From assembly GCF_000181795.1 (NCBI RefSeq), contig NW_003526943.1, positions 5,096,588 to 5,160,587 of the forward strand: DNA of 64,000 nt, written 5' to 3'. Position 1 is the stretch's first letter; the number at the start of each line of letters is the position of its first letter. Under the pieces are notes generated by a model. The model was not told where the DNA came from. It was given only the letters and a program-made list of their open reading frames with translations, and ran no database searches. Shown piece after piece: positions 1 through 13,509 of this stretch. The translations under genes were made by a program, and so were the position numbers. The stretch is from Trichinella spiralis. Its lineage: Eukaryota.

Positions 1-330
1 GAGCTAAAACGTAACGTCTGGCTGTTCTTTACTGTTGTTACTGCTGTTGGCTAGTGAAAAATAAAAATCACTATTTAACTTATTTTTTGTATTGTTTTTT
101 CTGAATGATTACTATCGCATTTGATATAACGTCACTTTGATACAGTAAAATATAGAATAATGATAAAAATTATTATTGAAAACGTTTATCACTAAAAAGT
201 ATAAACTTCACTAATAATATATTGGAAAAACAAAATGTCAATGAATGATAAAACTTATAAATCTTGATTGAAACAATTCCCAAATAAGGAATATTTTCAT
301 TAGAAAATTTGTCCCGAAATCGACCATCCC
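1..330. repeat. Interspersed repeat, probable right-hand end of a DNA transposon (possible terminal repeat ...TTGTCCCGAAATCGACCATCCC)
   Basis: About 30-300 aligns by eye to about 13830-14080 (CTAGTGAAAAATAAAAATCACT..AACTTATT..TTACTATC..AAAAGTAxAAACTTCAC..ATATTG..AAAACAAAA..ATGAAT..TAAAACTT), which follows a transposase-like remnant. Bases 1-75 also recur at 17749-17816. The terminal-repeat call is inference. Confidence 0.6.
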
Positions 331-1604
331 TTATTTTTATATTTAGAATTTTATTTGTCAGCTGATGCTTATGCCATTTTTGGTTATACCGTTGCCAGTA
401 GTTGTCTTACGTTGTGATTTCTCTAATTTCATTCAGATAGAATTTGAAAGAAGCTTTTTTGTAGATTTAGATTATAGCTTGGAATGTACTGATCATGAAT
501 AAAGTAGATGTATTATTCTAACATGCTTTTGCGACACATAAAATGAAATTTTTAGAACATGTTTTTGCAATTTTTTTAAATTTCGCGTTCTCTTCTTTGT
601 TAGTTAATGAAAATTAGATGCAACCAGTGTCATCGACCAGTCTAATTTCAAATCAACTTATCAATAAACATACTATAGAAGGAATTTATACATGCTGAAA
701 AATATGTTTGCAATTGTAATAAGAGTTAACTGATACACTTCAGACATAACTTCATGCATAAATCATCAATCAAATAACTTTCCATGATCGAATTAATTTT
801 TTCATTGCTTTACTTTAATGCAGGAATACGGCATCAAACAGAAGAAAATATTGAGTGCAATAATCTGTGAAATTAAAACCCCAAAACCAGGTCAAGACAG
901 ACCCGGCTTTAGTCATCGGAAGGTGAAAAAATTGAAAAATGCACAATTCAGCTGCCAACTAATGTTCAACGTAGGACAACAAATGAGAAAAACTGGGATA
1001 AAATTGGAGTGGACAACCTAAGAATACCCCAAACTATTTCTCTCTCTCTGTTGTACAGCTGAGCGCTATAAACGTTCGATTGCGGGAAATATTGGGGTTG
1101 CGCTGTCAGATGAAAAAAAGATAAAGGACCAAGTTAATACGGAATTCGTTTGAAAAAAATAAGGCGCGAAGAAGTCAGTATTAAAACCTGACTGTCAGTA
1201 ACTCAAAGTGTAGTACTGTCGCCTAACTTGCTTCATACATGCTTGAATGGCATTCAATAAATTTACATTCAATATATTCAAAGCAATAAATTTAGTTTTT
1301 AAAAAATTTCACGTGCATTTAAATTTAAAATTTGTTTGGGATATACATAACTGAATGACATCAACTGTTAACATATTCAATTTTGAACAGAAATATGTTG
1401 ACCTATATAAATATAACTTGCGTTTCTTTAACGTCATACTGTATTTTGTAGTTTGAATTTTTAGTTTGCATTATTTTAGTTTAAAGTATTTAGTTTATAG
1501 TTTTATACTGTAATATCGATAAGTATTCTTGATATGTGAATATGGTTATACCGTTCTCTGAATGTACATATTATAGGACTTGAAAATAACTGATTTAAAG
1601 AGAG

Positions 1605-3420
1605 ATGCCTTATAATTGTTCCATATGTCTGCAGCATCTGGATCCAAACCAGTCATCTGCACTGTACTGTGGGCATACTTTTCATTTGCAGTGCGTTCAG
1701 GCATGGTTAAGTACTTCAAAAGTTTGTCCTGTTTGCCGTTCGACTGTGAAAAAAAATGCATTAATCAAGTCGCTGTATTTTGGTGACGATTTGTCTACCA
1801 GTGTATTGTCCGATGAACAGTTGGAGTGCATGGTAAGCATAGTTGTTTTATTTTGTCAAATGTACACATTACGTGACCTTGGGAATATGAATGGCAATAA
1901 AATAAAAATTTCAAACTATATTTACGGTAGTTTTAATTTTTTCAGTTTAGCAATGAATGATTTTGTATTCTTTCTTGTTTACACATGAGATTTTAAATAG
2001 TTTTAATAGCAGTTTTCAGTTGGACATTTTCAAATAAATATTAACTAATTTCATTTTTTAATTGTTTTCTTATAATTTTGACATCTATTTCTTATTACCA
2101 GAAACTTCGGCTCTGATATTTATGATTTAATTTTCAAATTATCCTTTATTGTTTTCAGTGGTGAGAGGCATCGGTATTACTTTATGTAGTGAAGTTTGAT
2201 TTTGTGAATCCATTTTTATTACCATTTGCTTGCATGATTTTAGGTGAGTTCTTTGAATGATCGCATCGCACAATTGGAGAAGGAAAATAAAGAGCTGAAA
2301 ACTAGCTGCAGGGTTTCGAAAAATGAAGCAACCAAGAAAAGTCAGCAGGTAATTGTAGGGATAACTTATCAAGTTTGTAATATTTTAAATATGAGTGTTT
2401 AAGCTTGATACAACAACAAAGAAGTTGGAAGAGTTAGAAAAAAGCATGTCAGTTCTGAAGGTAGCTTATGCATCTCATCAAGTAATGGAAGCACAAGTTG
2501 CTAAATTGACAATTGAAATAGAATCATACAAGAAAAAAGTATCATTGTTCAGGCGGTATTGCGATTTATTATATATATATATTTTTTGAAATGTTTCAAG
2601 CACTTGAAAGATGCATTTTTTTATTCTTAGAATACAGGAATTGCTTGATAGCAAAGACAATGATTTATTAAACGTGGATGTGGACACACTTGTAGATCCT
2701 CACGAAATTATAAGTTGTCTTATGGTGATGAAACAGTAAGTGTCTGTTGTTTATTAATTGACAGGTTTGCTAATGAAACTGACGTTGTAGGAAGTTCAAA
2801 AACTGCAAACGCTCAAACTTAGAACTTACAAAAAGTGTTAAAGAGCTTAAGGCAAAAGTGACAAAGTATAAGAAAGCAGTCGTTGCTCTACGTGAAGAGT
2901 TGAAAATCGACCGTGAAGATCCAATGAAAACTCCATACAATCCATCGTTAAGACCACTGATTCAACATAGGTTTGCGTTTGTTGCGTAAAATTTTTTTTG
3001 ATTTAATCGCATTTTATACATGCATGTGTATTTATAAATGTATAAATAATAATAGTTCAATATCGATTGTCGACGAAATTATATATTTTTAGCGGTGCGG
3101 ATATCAGTGACGTAGCCGGACGATGCAACTTTTCAGACGATGATGAGGATTTTGAAATTTGCCGCAGCACGCGCAACAGTCACTTTATAATTTGCAAAAG
3201 TACAGACGTGGTTGTGAAGAAGCCATTGCAATACAAAGGTACTAATCAAATTCCGATCGAGTTGAGTGAGGAGAGCGATAACGATACCTCGTTCAAAATA
3301 AGCGGTGGTGTGAATATGAAGCTTCTCAGTGGAGTTGACCGACGTCTGCGCAAACGAGCTTTTTCCCAACTGAATGATGCTTCCAGCAGAAAGTTGAACA
3401 AGAGGAGAATTTTGCAGTAA
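1605..3420 (+). CDS. RING-finger plus coiled-coil E3 ubiquitin ligase, TRAIP/NOPO-like (multi-exon)
   Basis: The N-terminal RING CSIC..ALYCGHTFHLQCVQAWL..CPVCR resembles TRAIP (CGHTFHLQCL). It is followed by GT-AG-joined coiled-coil exons (about 2244-2348, 2404-2555, 2630-2735, 2791-2970) and a last exon ending TAA at 3420. Confidence 0.7.
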
Positions 3421-5192
3421 CTATTTTTGCTTGATATTTTTTTATTGGGTATGGAAGGAATTTTTTCAGCTCTTTATTATTAGAATATAATATGCTTTAT
3501 TTCAAAACTCGTAAGGTGAACAGCTCATGTTGATTTTCTGATGCATTTTAAGAGTGATGTGATTCGTGCATTTTAAAGTAGTAGTTTTACAGAAAAATAA
3601 AAAAAATTTTAATCTTCCCTTGAATATATATATATATATATGTATAGACTTTGAACTCATTTTGTATATATTATTGGCGTTGGAAAGAGAACTGTACTGA
3701 TTGATGCTTTTAGTCATTCATTTCCAAACTGACAGACAGCTGTTCAGTAAATGTTGCAACGAATTGCTGTAATAACGATGAGTAAATATTACTTAATGAT
3801 TTCATGATTAAATTTTTTTTCTGTTGTGTCTATCTGCACCGTGTGTATGTTTGGAAAACGATAAAAGAAAATTTTCGATATGGTGAAGCTATTTCAGTTG
3901 ATGTGAAATTTAATTTCTTGAGTTTTTCGTGCACAGTATGCAGTTTTGTAAAATAGTCAATCTCGAAAATCAATAGAAATCAAGTCAGTAAAAAATGAAG
4001 AAGAAGCAAATGTCGATCATTGATTATTATCACCATTTGCTCTTGGTTGATTTTGGATGAATTGAATTAGCCTGAATTACGAAGCAGAGCTTTTTTGAAC
4101 ATTTGGTTGAAAATATTAATAAAAGCAACAATTGCAATGAGCAAGTACATTTTTTAAAATATTTTTCAAATATTTAAGCTTTTGTTGATGTTGATTTATG
4201 AAAAAAATTAATGAAGGAAAAATTGAATAGCATCAGCATAAAAAGCTTTTTCTCTAAAAAAGTTGATGAAAATTTTCAAATCAATAAAAATTTTTTTATT
4301 ATTCAATAATAAACATACAATGAATGTTAAAACTAATACAGTAAGCTTAAGCACAGTTCGGCAGCAGAAACTGCATTTGTTGTAGTGCGACTGGAAACAG
4401 TGAATCTGCAATTTGCATATTTTATTGTTAACTTTTTTCTATGTTTTCAGAAATTTAGCCACTTTTCGTATTATAATTTTGGCAAATGGAATGCTTGACA
4501 AAAGCTACACTTGTTACTCTGGAGGATTATTTGTCAAACTGATTTTTGATTTGTAAAATCTCAGATTTGCTTTTCATGTAGACAAGCTGGACACATTTAG
4601 AAAACAAAGATGCATTAGAAGATTACTGTTGATCTATTCATAGAAAAGAACTGTCAGTTAAAATTGTTTTTTCGAAAATCACCAGCAAAAGCTAACAGTA
4701 TTTCCTAATAATAAAATAATTGATTACATTATTGTAAACAAAAGCTTTTTTTGTAAATTAAAAATTATTTGCAAAATATCAGTGTAAAAGTTGTTGAAGC
4801 TGTTGACACAAAAATTACATTTTGCATAACGTATTTATACTTTATGTTAAATGTGAATTTATAAATTTAAATTTGATAAAAATGGACAATATTTTTTGGC
4901 TTTGATAATTTATTTTAATAAATGGCAAATTTTAATTGGAGCTATTATGCCTAAAGTTCAACATTTAATAACAACAGAAAGCGTACCGATGCGCCGCATG
5001 GAGCAAGAACAACAACTTTTGGATTTATTTGACTTGCAGCAACTACCAAAAATTGCCATCGGTAAAGCGGAATGTTAGGAGTTTTCATTAATTGCCTTTT
5101 CTCAATAACTTTTGCATAAAATTGCAAATCAAATTCAACAACAAACATTGAAGCATCAATTTCTACAATTCATTTCTGCACTTTGATCAAAA

Positions 5193-7299
5193 ATGATGCT
5201 TAAGATATTAATTTTGTTGTCGTTTATTTTCCAATTACATGGTGGATATTATGAGCACTTTTTTCATCAACTGATGAGGGAAAATGTGAAACCAGTTGGA
5301 TGGAAAGTATGCAAATTGAATTGAATGCATTTGACAACTGTTTGGTTATTTAGATGGGATTAAATGCTTATTTTGCTGGCATGTCTCGAAGAAGCATTAT
5401 GCAACGCTTTGGTGCGGAGTTCGACTGGCATTCTGACAAGCGAAAAGATGAACATTTATCCCAATCAGAGTGTCCAATTTTACCTGAACAATTTGACGCC
5501 CGAAATCAATGGCCCAATTGCAAATGGATTGGCTTTATTCGTGATCAGTCGAATTGCGGCTCTTGTTGGGTAAAAATATTATTGTGTATATTGCATTTTT
5601 CAGAATCAAAATTATTGTTTATGGAACAAAATTACAATATTATGAATAGACGGCTTGCTTGTTTGTCAGATTAGATTAAATGAACAAGAAGAACAATAAT
5701 AATTAACGAATCAATATGAAAGTAAAAGCTTGAACGGAAATTTTCTTTCATCTTTTTTTGGCAATGTATTTTTCAATGCTGTTAATTAAGAAAATTTGAC
5801 TGATAAAGCAATGAAATAATATGCTTCAAAAAGTACTATTTTATATATTTGAAAATAGTAAATTTATTATTATTTGCATATAGAATAAATTAAAATTTAG
5901 GCAGTTTCCGGTGCATCCGTGATGTCAGATCGTCATTGTATAGCATCCAACGGTACAAACAGTCCATATCTTTCTGATGAGGAACTGCTCAGCTGTTGTC
6001 ATTATTGTGCACACGGGTATTCTGATTATTTTTTTTTATCAGATCTGTTTCATAAATTGTTGTTTTAAAAGAAAAAAAATTACCATTTAATTTTAAAATA
6101 GTTAAAAATTTGTAATGCAATATTGTGAACTAATTATAAACACTAGAAATAATTACAACAAGTATAAAATAAAATTATATTTAAATTTGGGCAGTAAAGT
6201 TTATTGCAAATTTGCTGTGATATGATGTGATAACAAAGATTGCATTTTTCAATAATATATTTTTGTAAATTGATTACTTAAATAAATAACAAAGATTTGT
6301 TTTATTTTAGTAAAAAGTTTTTAAATTGCTTATGAATAATGAAAATGCTTATGAAAATCATCAATTGCTATCATTAAAATTAAAACGTTCAACTTAAGAT
6401 GTCGAAGTGGAAAGATAGAAGCGGCATTTATTTATTGGCAACGCAGTGGTTTAGTTACCGGTGGACCTTATGGTGAGAAAGCTTGCTGTCTACCGTATTC
6501 CATATCACCCTGCACAATGTGCAGGCCGTACATGCTGGCTCCAAAATGCCAACGAACTTGTCAAGCTAGTTATAATTTATCTCTAAAGAGAGATAAGTAT
6601 TATGGTATAGTTTTACTTTAAGAAGAACAAAAAAGGGCAACTTTCACATTCAATATGATAATCTCATTATTTAGGCAAAAGTCATTATTATGTAAATCAA
6701 GATGAATTCGATATAATGCAAGAAATTTACCAAAGAGGACCTGTAGTTGCCGGCTTCAAAGTTTATCATGATTTTTTGTATTACATATCAGGTAGGTTTA
6801 TTTAACTCGAATAGAATAGTAATATATCCGGTTTATTTCATTTAAAATACTGTTTAACTGTTGTAACTTCAGTAAATCATGAATTTTTGTGATTAAAATA
6901 TCTACTTAAAAATGAAAAATAAATGTAAAAAAATATGCAAATAAACAAGAACTAATTTCAAATAAATGCTGTTCTTCCTCGAAAATTAGCATTTGTTCGT
7001 TTAATAAAAAAATTTATTTTTATTTCAGGCGTGTACAGGAAAAGTTCTGCTCACTATTTAGGAAATCATGCAGTAAAAATTATTGGTTGGGGCAAAGAGA
7101 ACAGTATCCCATATTGGTTGGTTGCCAATTCATGGAACAATACATTTGGAGAAAATGGTTTTTCGTGAGAAAATTTTAAAAATAAATTTTAAAAACAGTT
7201 TCTGTTTTAGGCTTTGCTCGAATTTTACGCGGTGAAGACGAGTGTAGAATTGAATCTGCTGTTTTTGCAGGAATACCGTCTCTGCGTAGTAAATGCTAA
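5193..7299 (+). CDS. Cathepsin B-like cysteine protease (paralogue 1), signal peptide, about 7 exons
   Basis: ATG 5193 [45 protein letters not shown] (catalytic Cys); [25 protein letters not shown] (His); YWLVANSWN (Asn); [20 protein letters not shown] 7297-7299. Confidence 0.92.
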
Positions 7300-7847
7300 T
7301 TCAAATTTTCAATCCGGCAACGCTCTCTTACTGAAGAAAGAATTCTAATTTTTTTCTTCTACATTGAAGCTACAACAATTATAAAAATATTCGAATTTTA
7401 AGAATAAATTATTTAAATTTGAATATAGGTAAAACTGAAAATTCTGAAATAGTTCAAGAAAAAATTTTTTAATTTATGAAAATTAAAATATTTTTACCAA
7501 TGTTGAAGATAAATTTCTAAACTTCATGTGAAAATAAGAAGCATCTTTATGTACATCACACTGACATCATTTCAAATGTGGAACTATAGTAAAAAAATAT
7601 GAAATGTTTCCGCAAAAGTATTCACCGATTGTGTTGGCAAAAATTGTGAAAACAAACCAATTGAAACAAAGATTTCATTATTAATTAGTTAAATTCAAAA
7701 TTTCTCTGAACTTTCTATGCCATAACTGCCCATTATTAGAAGCAAATGAAATGTAAAAAACAATTTCAAAAATTGTACCTAATGTACTGAATTATACTGT
7801 AAATATCAAAATCTGCTCAGATCGATGTAAAATTGTTAATATTTGTA

Positions 7848-9894
7848 ATGGATATTTTAGATGAAGATTTGCGCTCTGAGATTGATATTGAAAGTGATGT
7901 AGAGAGGAGAAAGTAATGCAAATGTTGATTTAATTGTTTTTTTCAAACAAAATGTTTAGGAAGAAAAGGTTTGACTTGGCAGTTAAAGATATTCCCAAAC
8001 GAGAACCAAAGCCTTCCAAGTCGTCCTTTCATGTTGAATGTGAAAAGTGATCATTTAATGATTATTTATTTAAAATATCCTGAATGTCATTATTTTTAGA
8101 GAAGCGACCAGAAGACAGAATTTTGTTCACTTAAATGCGGTATTAATACTATTTCTTGGAATAGCTTACTGTAATATTTTTTTCTTATTTGTTTAAAATG
8201 TATGTGCTTTTGCTTTTAAAATTTTATTTGATTGAAAAAAGTTTTTGACTATGAAGCAAACGAAATCAATTTTTATTTTTTGAAACTGTTATTCAACAAA
8301 ACAAAAGCAAAGTTAAACGGTTAGGTTAAAAATTAAAGTTTTTTATAAAAAGATTTAAAAACATTTTTGAAATAAAATGATCATTTATGCGTTCACTGTG
8401 TGTTTTTGTCTTAACCTGCTTCAATGCGTCCTAAAATTCTAAAATTTATATTGCTGTATACATAGCTCTTTTTTGAGCTTAGTTTATCTTTAAATTTTAG
8501 TTTAATTTTTTGGTCACTGATTTTTTTGTGATGCACATATATGTGATGTTTTAGTATTATTTGCACTGTTGCATAATGTATAGATGACTTTTTGATTTGA
8601 TAGCTTGCATTGTATAGTGTATTAAGTAAAATATTTGTTTGGTTTAACTTTTTTTTATATTTTATGATTATATATTGTTTGCACATCATATTGATTAATA
8701 AATTATAATATTAATTTTAAATCTAATTTTTATCTGTTTATCAGAACAAACTGATGCTTGTATGATATTATTTATGTAGCTGCAACGTAATTTACATTAT
8801 AAATTTAGTATGAACGCCATAAACGTTTGATCAACGAATATATCTTAAAGCATCCTGGTTCAAGTGCTTTACTGAAACGTGACACGTAAGTATGTTGATA
8901 TTTTTTTTATCATTTGCACATAATCTTTTTGTAAATCCCTAAGACTTTAACATATTTTACAGTTTCTTTTTAACGAACTTTATTTGTACAAATAATTTAT
9001 TAAAATTGTTTTTTGTAATTTAAATTATTTACAGGAGCAAAGATAAAACTGACATTGATGTTATTCGTGAAAATTCGAAATTTCTCTGGGAAGATGATGA
9101 CGAACCGCAGACTTGGTAATTTTCTCTTTTTTTTTGAATCCATCGACAGTAATATTTATTTTAATGGGTGATGATTATTTAGGGAACAGAAATTAGCTAA
9201 ACGTTATTATGATAAACTTTTCAAAGAATATTGCATTGGGGATTTGTCGAAATATAAAGAAGGAAAGGTATTGCTTTTGTTTTCTTTTTGTTATATCTTT
9301 ATCAAAGCATATTTTTTGATTTATTCACTATTCCTATTTTTTAAAGATAGCATTGCGATGGCGAATTGAACAGGAAGTAATTAAAGGAAAAGGTATTTTG
9401 TAGATGTGATGAAAAATAATTAATTAATAAAACACATTTTTTTCTTTTTGCATAAATATCTTAGGTCAGTTTATTTGCGGGAACAAGCGTTGTGAGGAAG
9501 AAGAGAATTTAACAAGTTGGGAAGTGAATTTTGCCTACGTGGAAGAACAAGAAAAGAAAAACGCTCTAGTGAAACTCAGTGAGAAAGCAGAACAATTTTT
9601 CAAATTATGAGTATTTTATTTTACCTGAATACCATTTTTTCAAGGACTCTGTCCAGATTGTTCAGAAAAGTTGAATTATAGAAAAATGTAAATTTTTTAA
9701 AATTTAATTTGCATATTTTTTAATGATGATTAAGTTATTTTTTTTCTGATTTCAGATTTGAAAAGAAGAAAAGGAACAAAGTTAAAACAGAAACTTTGCA
9801 TGCAAAAGGAGAAGATCGTAAGCGTTCAGTGGAGGAGGATGATGTTTGCGAAAGTGATTTTGAAGCGAACTTAATTGACGAAATGTTGCTCTGA
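7848..9894 (+). CDS. FRA10AC1: FRA10AC1 homologue (spliceosome-associated folate-sensitive fragile site protein), many short exons, absent from the ORF track
   Basis: Spliced translation: YERHKRLINEY..DKTDIDVIRENSKFLW..WEQKLAKRYYDKLFKEYCIGDLSKYKEGKIALRWRIEQEVIKGKGQFICGNKRC..LTSWEVNFAYVEEQEKKNALVKL..LCPDCSEKLNY. Confidence 0.9.
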
Positions 9895-10429
9895 TATTAT
9901 TATATTGTTTACATTTTGATGGTTATTTTGTACAAATTTCTAAAAAAAAAACAGAAGAATAATTCACTATTGAGAAAGTTGAAAATGAAACGTTTTAATT
10001 TTAAATTGTCTTGTTTACAATGTGCATGCTTAATAATTAATTAATTAATTTGTTTGTTTGTTTCTCCAAACAAACTGATGACGCTGTTTTTGTGTAAGAG
10101 TAATATAACTTTTTTTTGTTAATCAAAAATCGATACTTAATTGATGCAATTGCCGATTTGCATTTTTGTCTGTTTTATCTTTGCATCAATGTTTAAAAGA
10201 TTGATTTCCACTTCAGTGATTGTGTAATAATTAATGTACAGTAGACTGAGCTTTGTTGCGCCCAGTGCCTATTTGTAAATTTTAACCAACTGATAAGTAA
10301 GCACCATTTAAGCTGCTTCGTACACAGTTGATAAAGTTGGCAGTAAAGTATTTAAATTTAAAACAGTTCACTGGTGGACAAGTATATTGCAAGTGAACAA
10401 TCGGAGAGCAAGCAAACACCGTTTGAAAA

Positions 10430-11921
10430 ATGTTTCTACAGGTTGTAACGTTTGGTGCGCTAATAAAATTTTCATTTTGCGGTTATTATGAAGATAATTA
10501 TATTCAATTGATAAAAAATAACCAAATGCCGAAAACTTGGAAAGTAATAAATTTATGATAATAGTTTTAAATTTTGGTTTTGTTAAAAAAAGTTTTAGAT
10601 GGGTTTGAATCCTTACTTTTCTGGTATGTCCAAAGAAGAGATCCTCATTCGAATGGGAACCAAGTTGATGAACAGTTCTACTGAATTTGATTCAAAATTG
10701 TCGAACAATAACGAAGCACTTATTAAAAAATTACCAAAGCATTTTGATTCGAGAGAAAAATGGCCAGAATGCGAATGGATTCGGTTCATTCGAGATCAGT
10801 CGAACTGTGGATCATGCTGGGTAAAATTTAGAACAAAAAAAATTAGCATTTTCAAATCCAACATGAAATAATCATATGAAATATTATTTTGATTCAATAA
10901 TTTCAACAGGCAATTTCTCGAATTAAACACTTTCACTAATTGCAGGCAGTATCTGCGGCTTCCGTAATGACTGACAGACATTGCATCGCTTCCAAAGGCC
11001 AAGAAACACCGTACATATCAGATGAACAAATTCTCGCATGTGCTAGCAGCAGCTATGGGTAATGTTGGTTATCAAAGTCTCTTTCCAAGCTCTAACGCTT
11101 CATTGGTGGTCATTTCATTCTTTTGATAGATGTTCAGGTGGAATGATACCATCACCATTTAATTACTGGAAAAAAATGGGAATTGCAACAGGCGGACCAT
11201 ATGGAGACAAATCATGCTGTCAGCCGTATTCAATAGCTCCATGCAGCAAATGTTCATACACTGCATCAACACCGTCTTGTAAATATGACTGTCAAGCTGA
11301 CTATGACATTCCGATAAGTGATGATAAATTTTATGGTACTGAAAAAACTTTTTTTCATTCAAAATACATATTTGTATTAATTTGGCATTTAAACAATGTA
11401 CAGCTAGTGAACATTACCATGTGTCGTCAAATCAATACGAAATCATGAATGAAATATACACGCACGGACCGGTGGTAGCAGGATTCATCGTTTACGAAGA
11501 TTTTACGTATTATATTTCGGGTAAATACTTTATAAATTTAAATTTGTCATTATTTAATATACATGCTTTTATGCATTTTACGCTATGCGAAGAAATGAGA
11601 CTTTTAAAGAAAATTTTCCGATTTATACAATTCTTCATTTAGGGATCTATCAGCAAACGACCTACGTGGCTATGGGAGGTCACGCGATCAGAATAATTGG
11701 ATGGGGAGAAGAAAACGGTATTCCTTATTGGTTGATTGCTAATTCATGGAATACAACATTCGGCGAGAAAGGTTTTTTTTGAAACATAAATCTGGATGAC
11801 AAGTAGTCTTTTTTTATTGGCCATTTTTTCAGGATTCTTCCGCATACGAAGGGGAACAAATGAATGTCGCATCGAAAGTGAAGTGTACACAGGCATTCCA
11901 AAATTGCGCCTTACTTTGTGA
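10430..11921 (+). CDS. Cathepsin B-like cysteine protease (paralogue 2), same intron positions as paralogue 1
   Basis: ATG 10430 with signal peptide; [82 protein letters not shown] 11919-11921. Confidence 0.93.
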
Positions 11922-12136
11922 ATAAACTAACAATGAAGTTAATTTTTTTCCTTTGCTATTTGATGAGTTGTTCTTTTGAATAAAATTGCATGGGCTGTGT
12001 AAAGAAGTCAGTTTCATCTTTCTTTGACACGTAAATACGTTGCAATAGTCAAAACATGAACTTTAAATGAAAATTATTACATTAAACCCAAAATAAAACA
12101 ACGAATTTTGTTTTGACAACAATCCATAAACTTAAT

Positions 12137-12879
12137 TTATGGATCATCCAAATAAGAACGTCTCGTCTTGTCTTTGTAATAAAAATCTGGCTTCTCTTCC
12201 CACAAGCCCAGATCTCTTTCTATCTTCAACTCGTCCTGCTTCTTGTAGTTGTGATATTTAAGCAAATAACGGATCCGCTTGCAAAGTTCATGCCATCGCT
12301 TAGGTGTGTTTCTTTTCATCTTTTCCTTGTACAAATTTCGATAATGAATCAGTTTGATCAATTCATTAGCTCGATGCTGTCCAGGGAAACCTCGCAGCCA
12401 AGGTGGAACATGATAAAGTAACTGCGCTGGATGCACACTTCCATCGCCAAGAAGATCTAAAAATATTAATTCACTAAGAAATAAATTCACCCACGATGAA
12501 CTTCACTATACCAATGTAATCATTCTGTCCGTATAAAGCTTTTTCTTTACACCAATTATCTTTCAATTCAAATTTCGGCATTCTAACAGGAGTCATGCAA
12601 TCTTTGATGCGAGGAAGCCTTTGCCCTGTAAAAAGCATTGTCATATTTGATTAAATGTAGAAAAATATAACGTTATTCTGATTTCAAACCAAAAACCACA
12701 CAGCAAAAAGCTTTCCAATTCTTACCATTCTGGTAATAATTCCAATAGAATCCATAATCATTCACCTTCAATGGAATTCTCGTCCGATCTTTTATTACGC
12801 GAGGAACATGACTATTATCGTAAATTGTTCTTACAAATGAAAATTTCCATATTTTTGAAAGCAAATTCACGCTAAACAT
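12137..12879 (-). CDS. mrpl-51: Mitochondrial ribosomal protein L51 (3 exons)
   Basis: Spliced DNWCKEKALYGQNDYIDLLGDGSVHPAQLLYHVPPWLRGF..NEL..KRIRYL is the MRPL51 signature, preceded by an N-terminal mitochondrial-type presequence. Confidence 0.88.
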
Positions 12880-13509
12880 TTATTTAACAAAATATTCGTT
12901 TACAGTACACAAATAATAATTAAGTTCAAACTAATTATTCAACTATTTTTTGATTCTACAACATTAACATGAAGCAAGCAAAATTGATAAAGTGAACTAA
13001 TAAATATACAGCTAATGGATTACACTTAATACAAATAACCATGCAGCTGCACAAAAGTTTTCACCAGTATAGTCAGCAGAGATCAGTTGCATAAATTTTC
13101 AAGGTTTACCTAGGCTGATTTTTAATGACTGAAGTAATATTCGTGTTTCTGCTATATGATTTCTGCTGTTCAAAATGCTGCTCAACGTTATTTTTTATTT
13201 CATCGATTTTGAAAATAAATTTACAACATTTATTTGTTTTGAATTAATATAACTATAATAATAATAGAATATATAAAAAATTCATCAAATCTTCAAAGCA
13301 TCGATAAAGAAATCACTGTTTGCACAAGAAATTAATAATTTTTTTATTTTCTTATCATTACAGTATCATATTTATCAGCAAGTAATGATTTTTTATAACT
13401 GTTCAGAGAAGATAGTAACACTCACTTTGTTCCAGATCTAGCCGGAGGAGAGGCAAAACCACCCATATGAGCACATGCTTTGTACATATTACACAGTAGA
13501 AAACAACTC

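Noticed and set aside
4896..5078. Short ORF upstream of cathepsin B-1
   Set aside because: No recognisable motif, and cathepsin B-1 has its own signal-peptide ATG at 5193.
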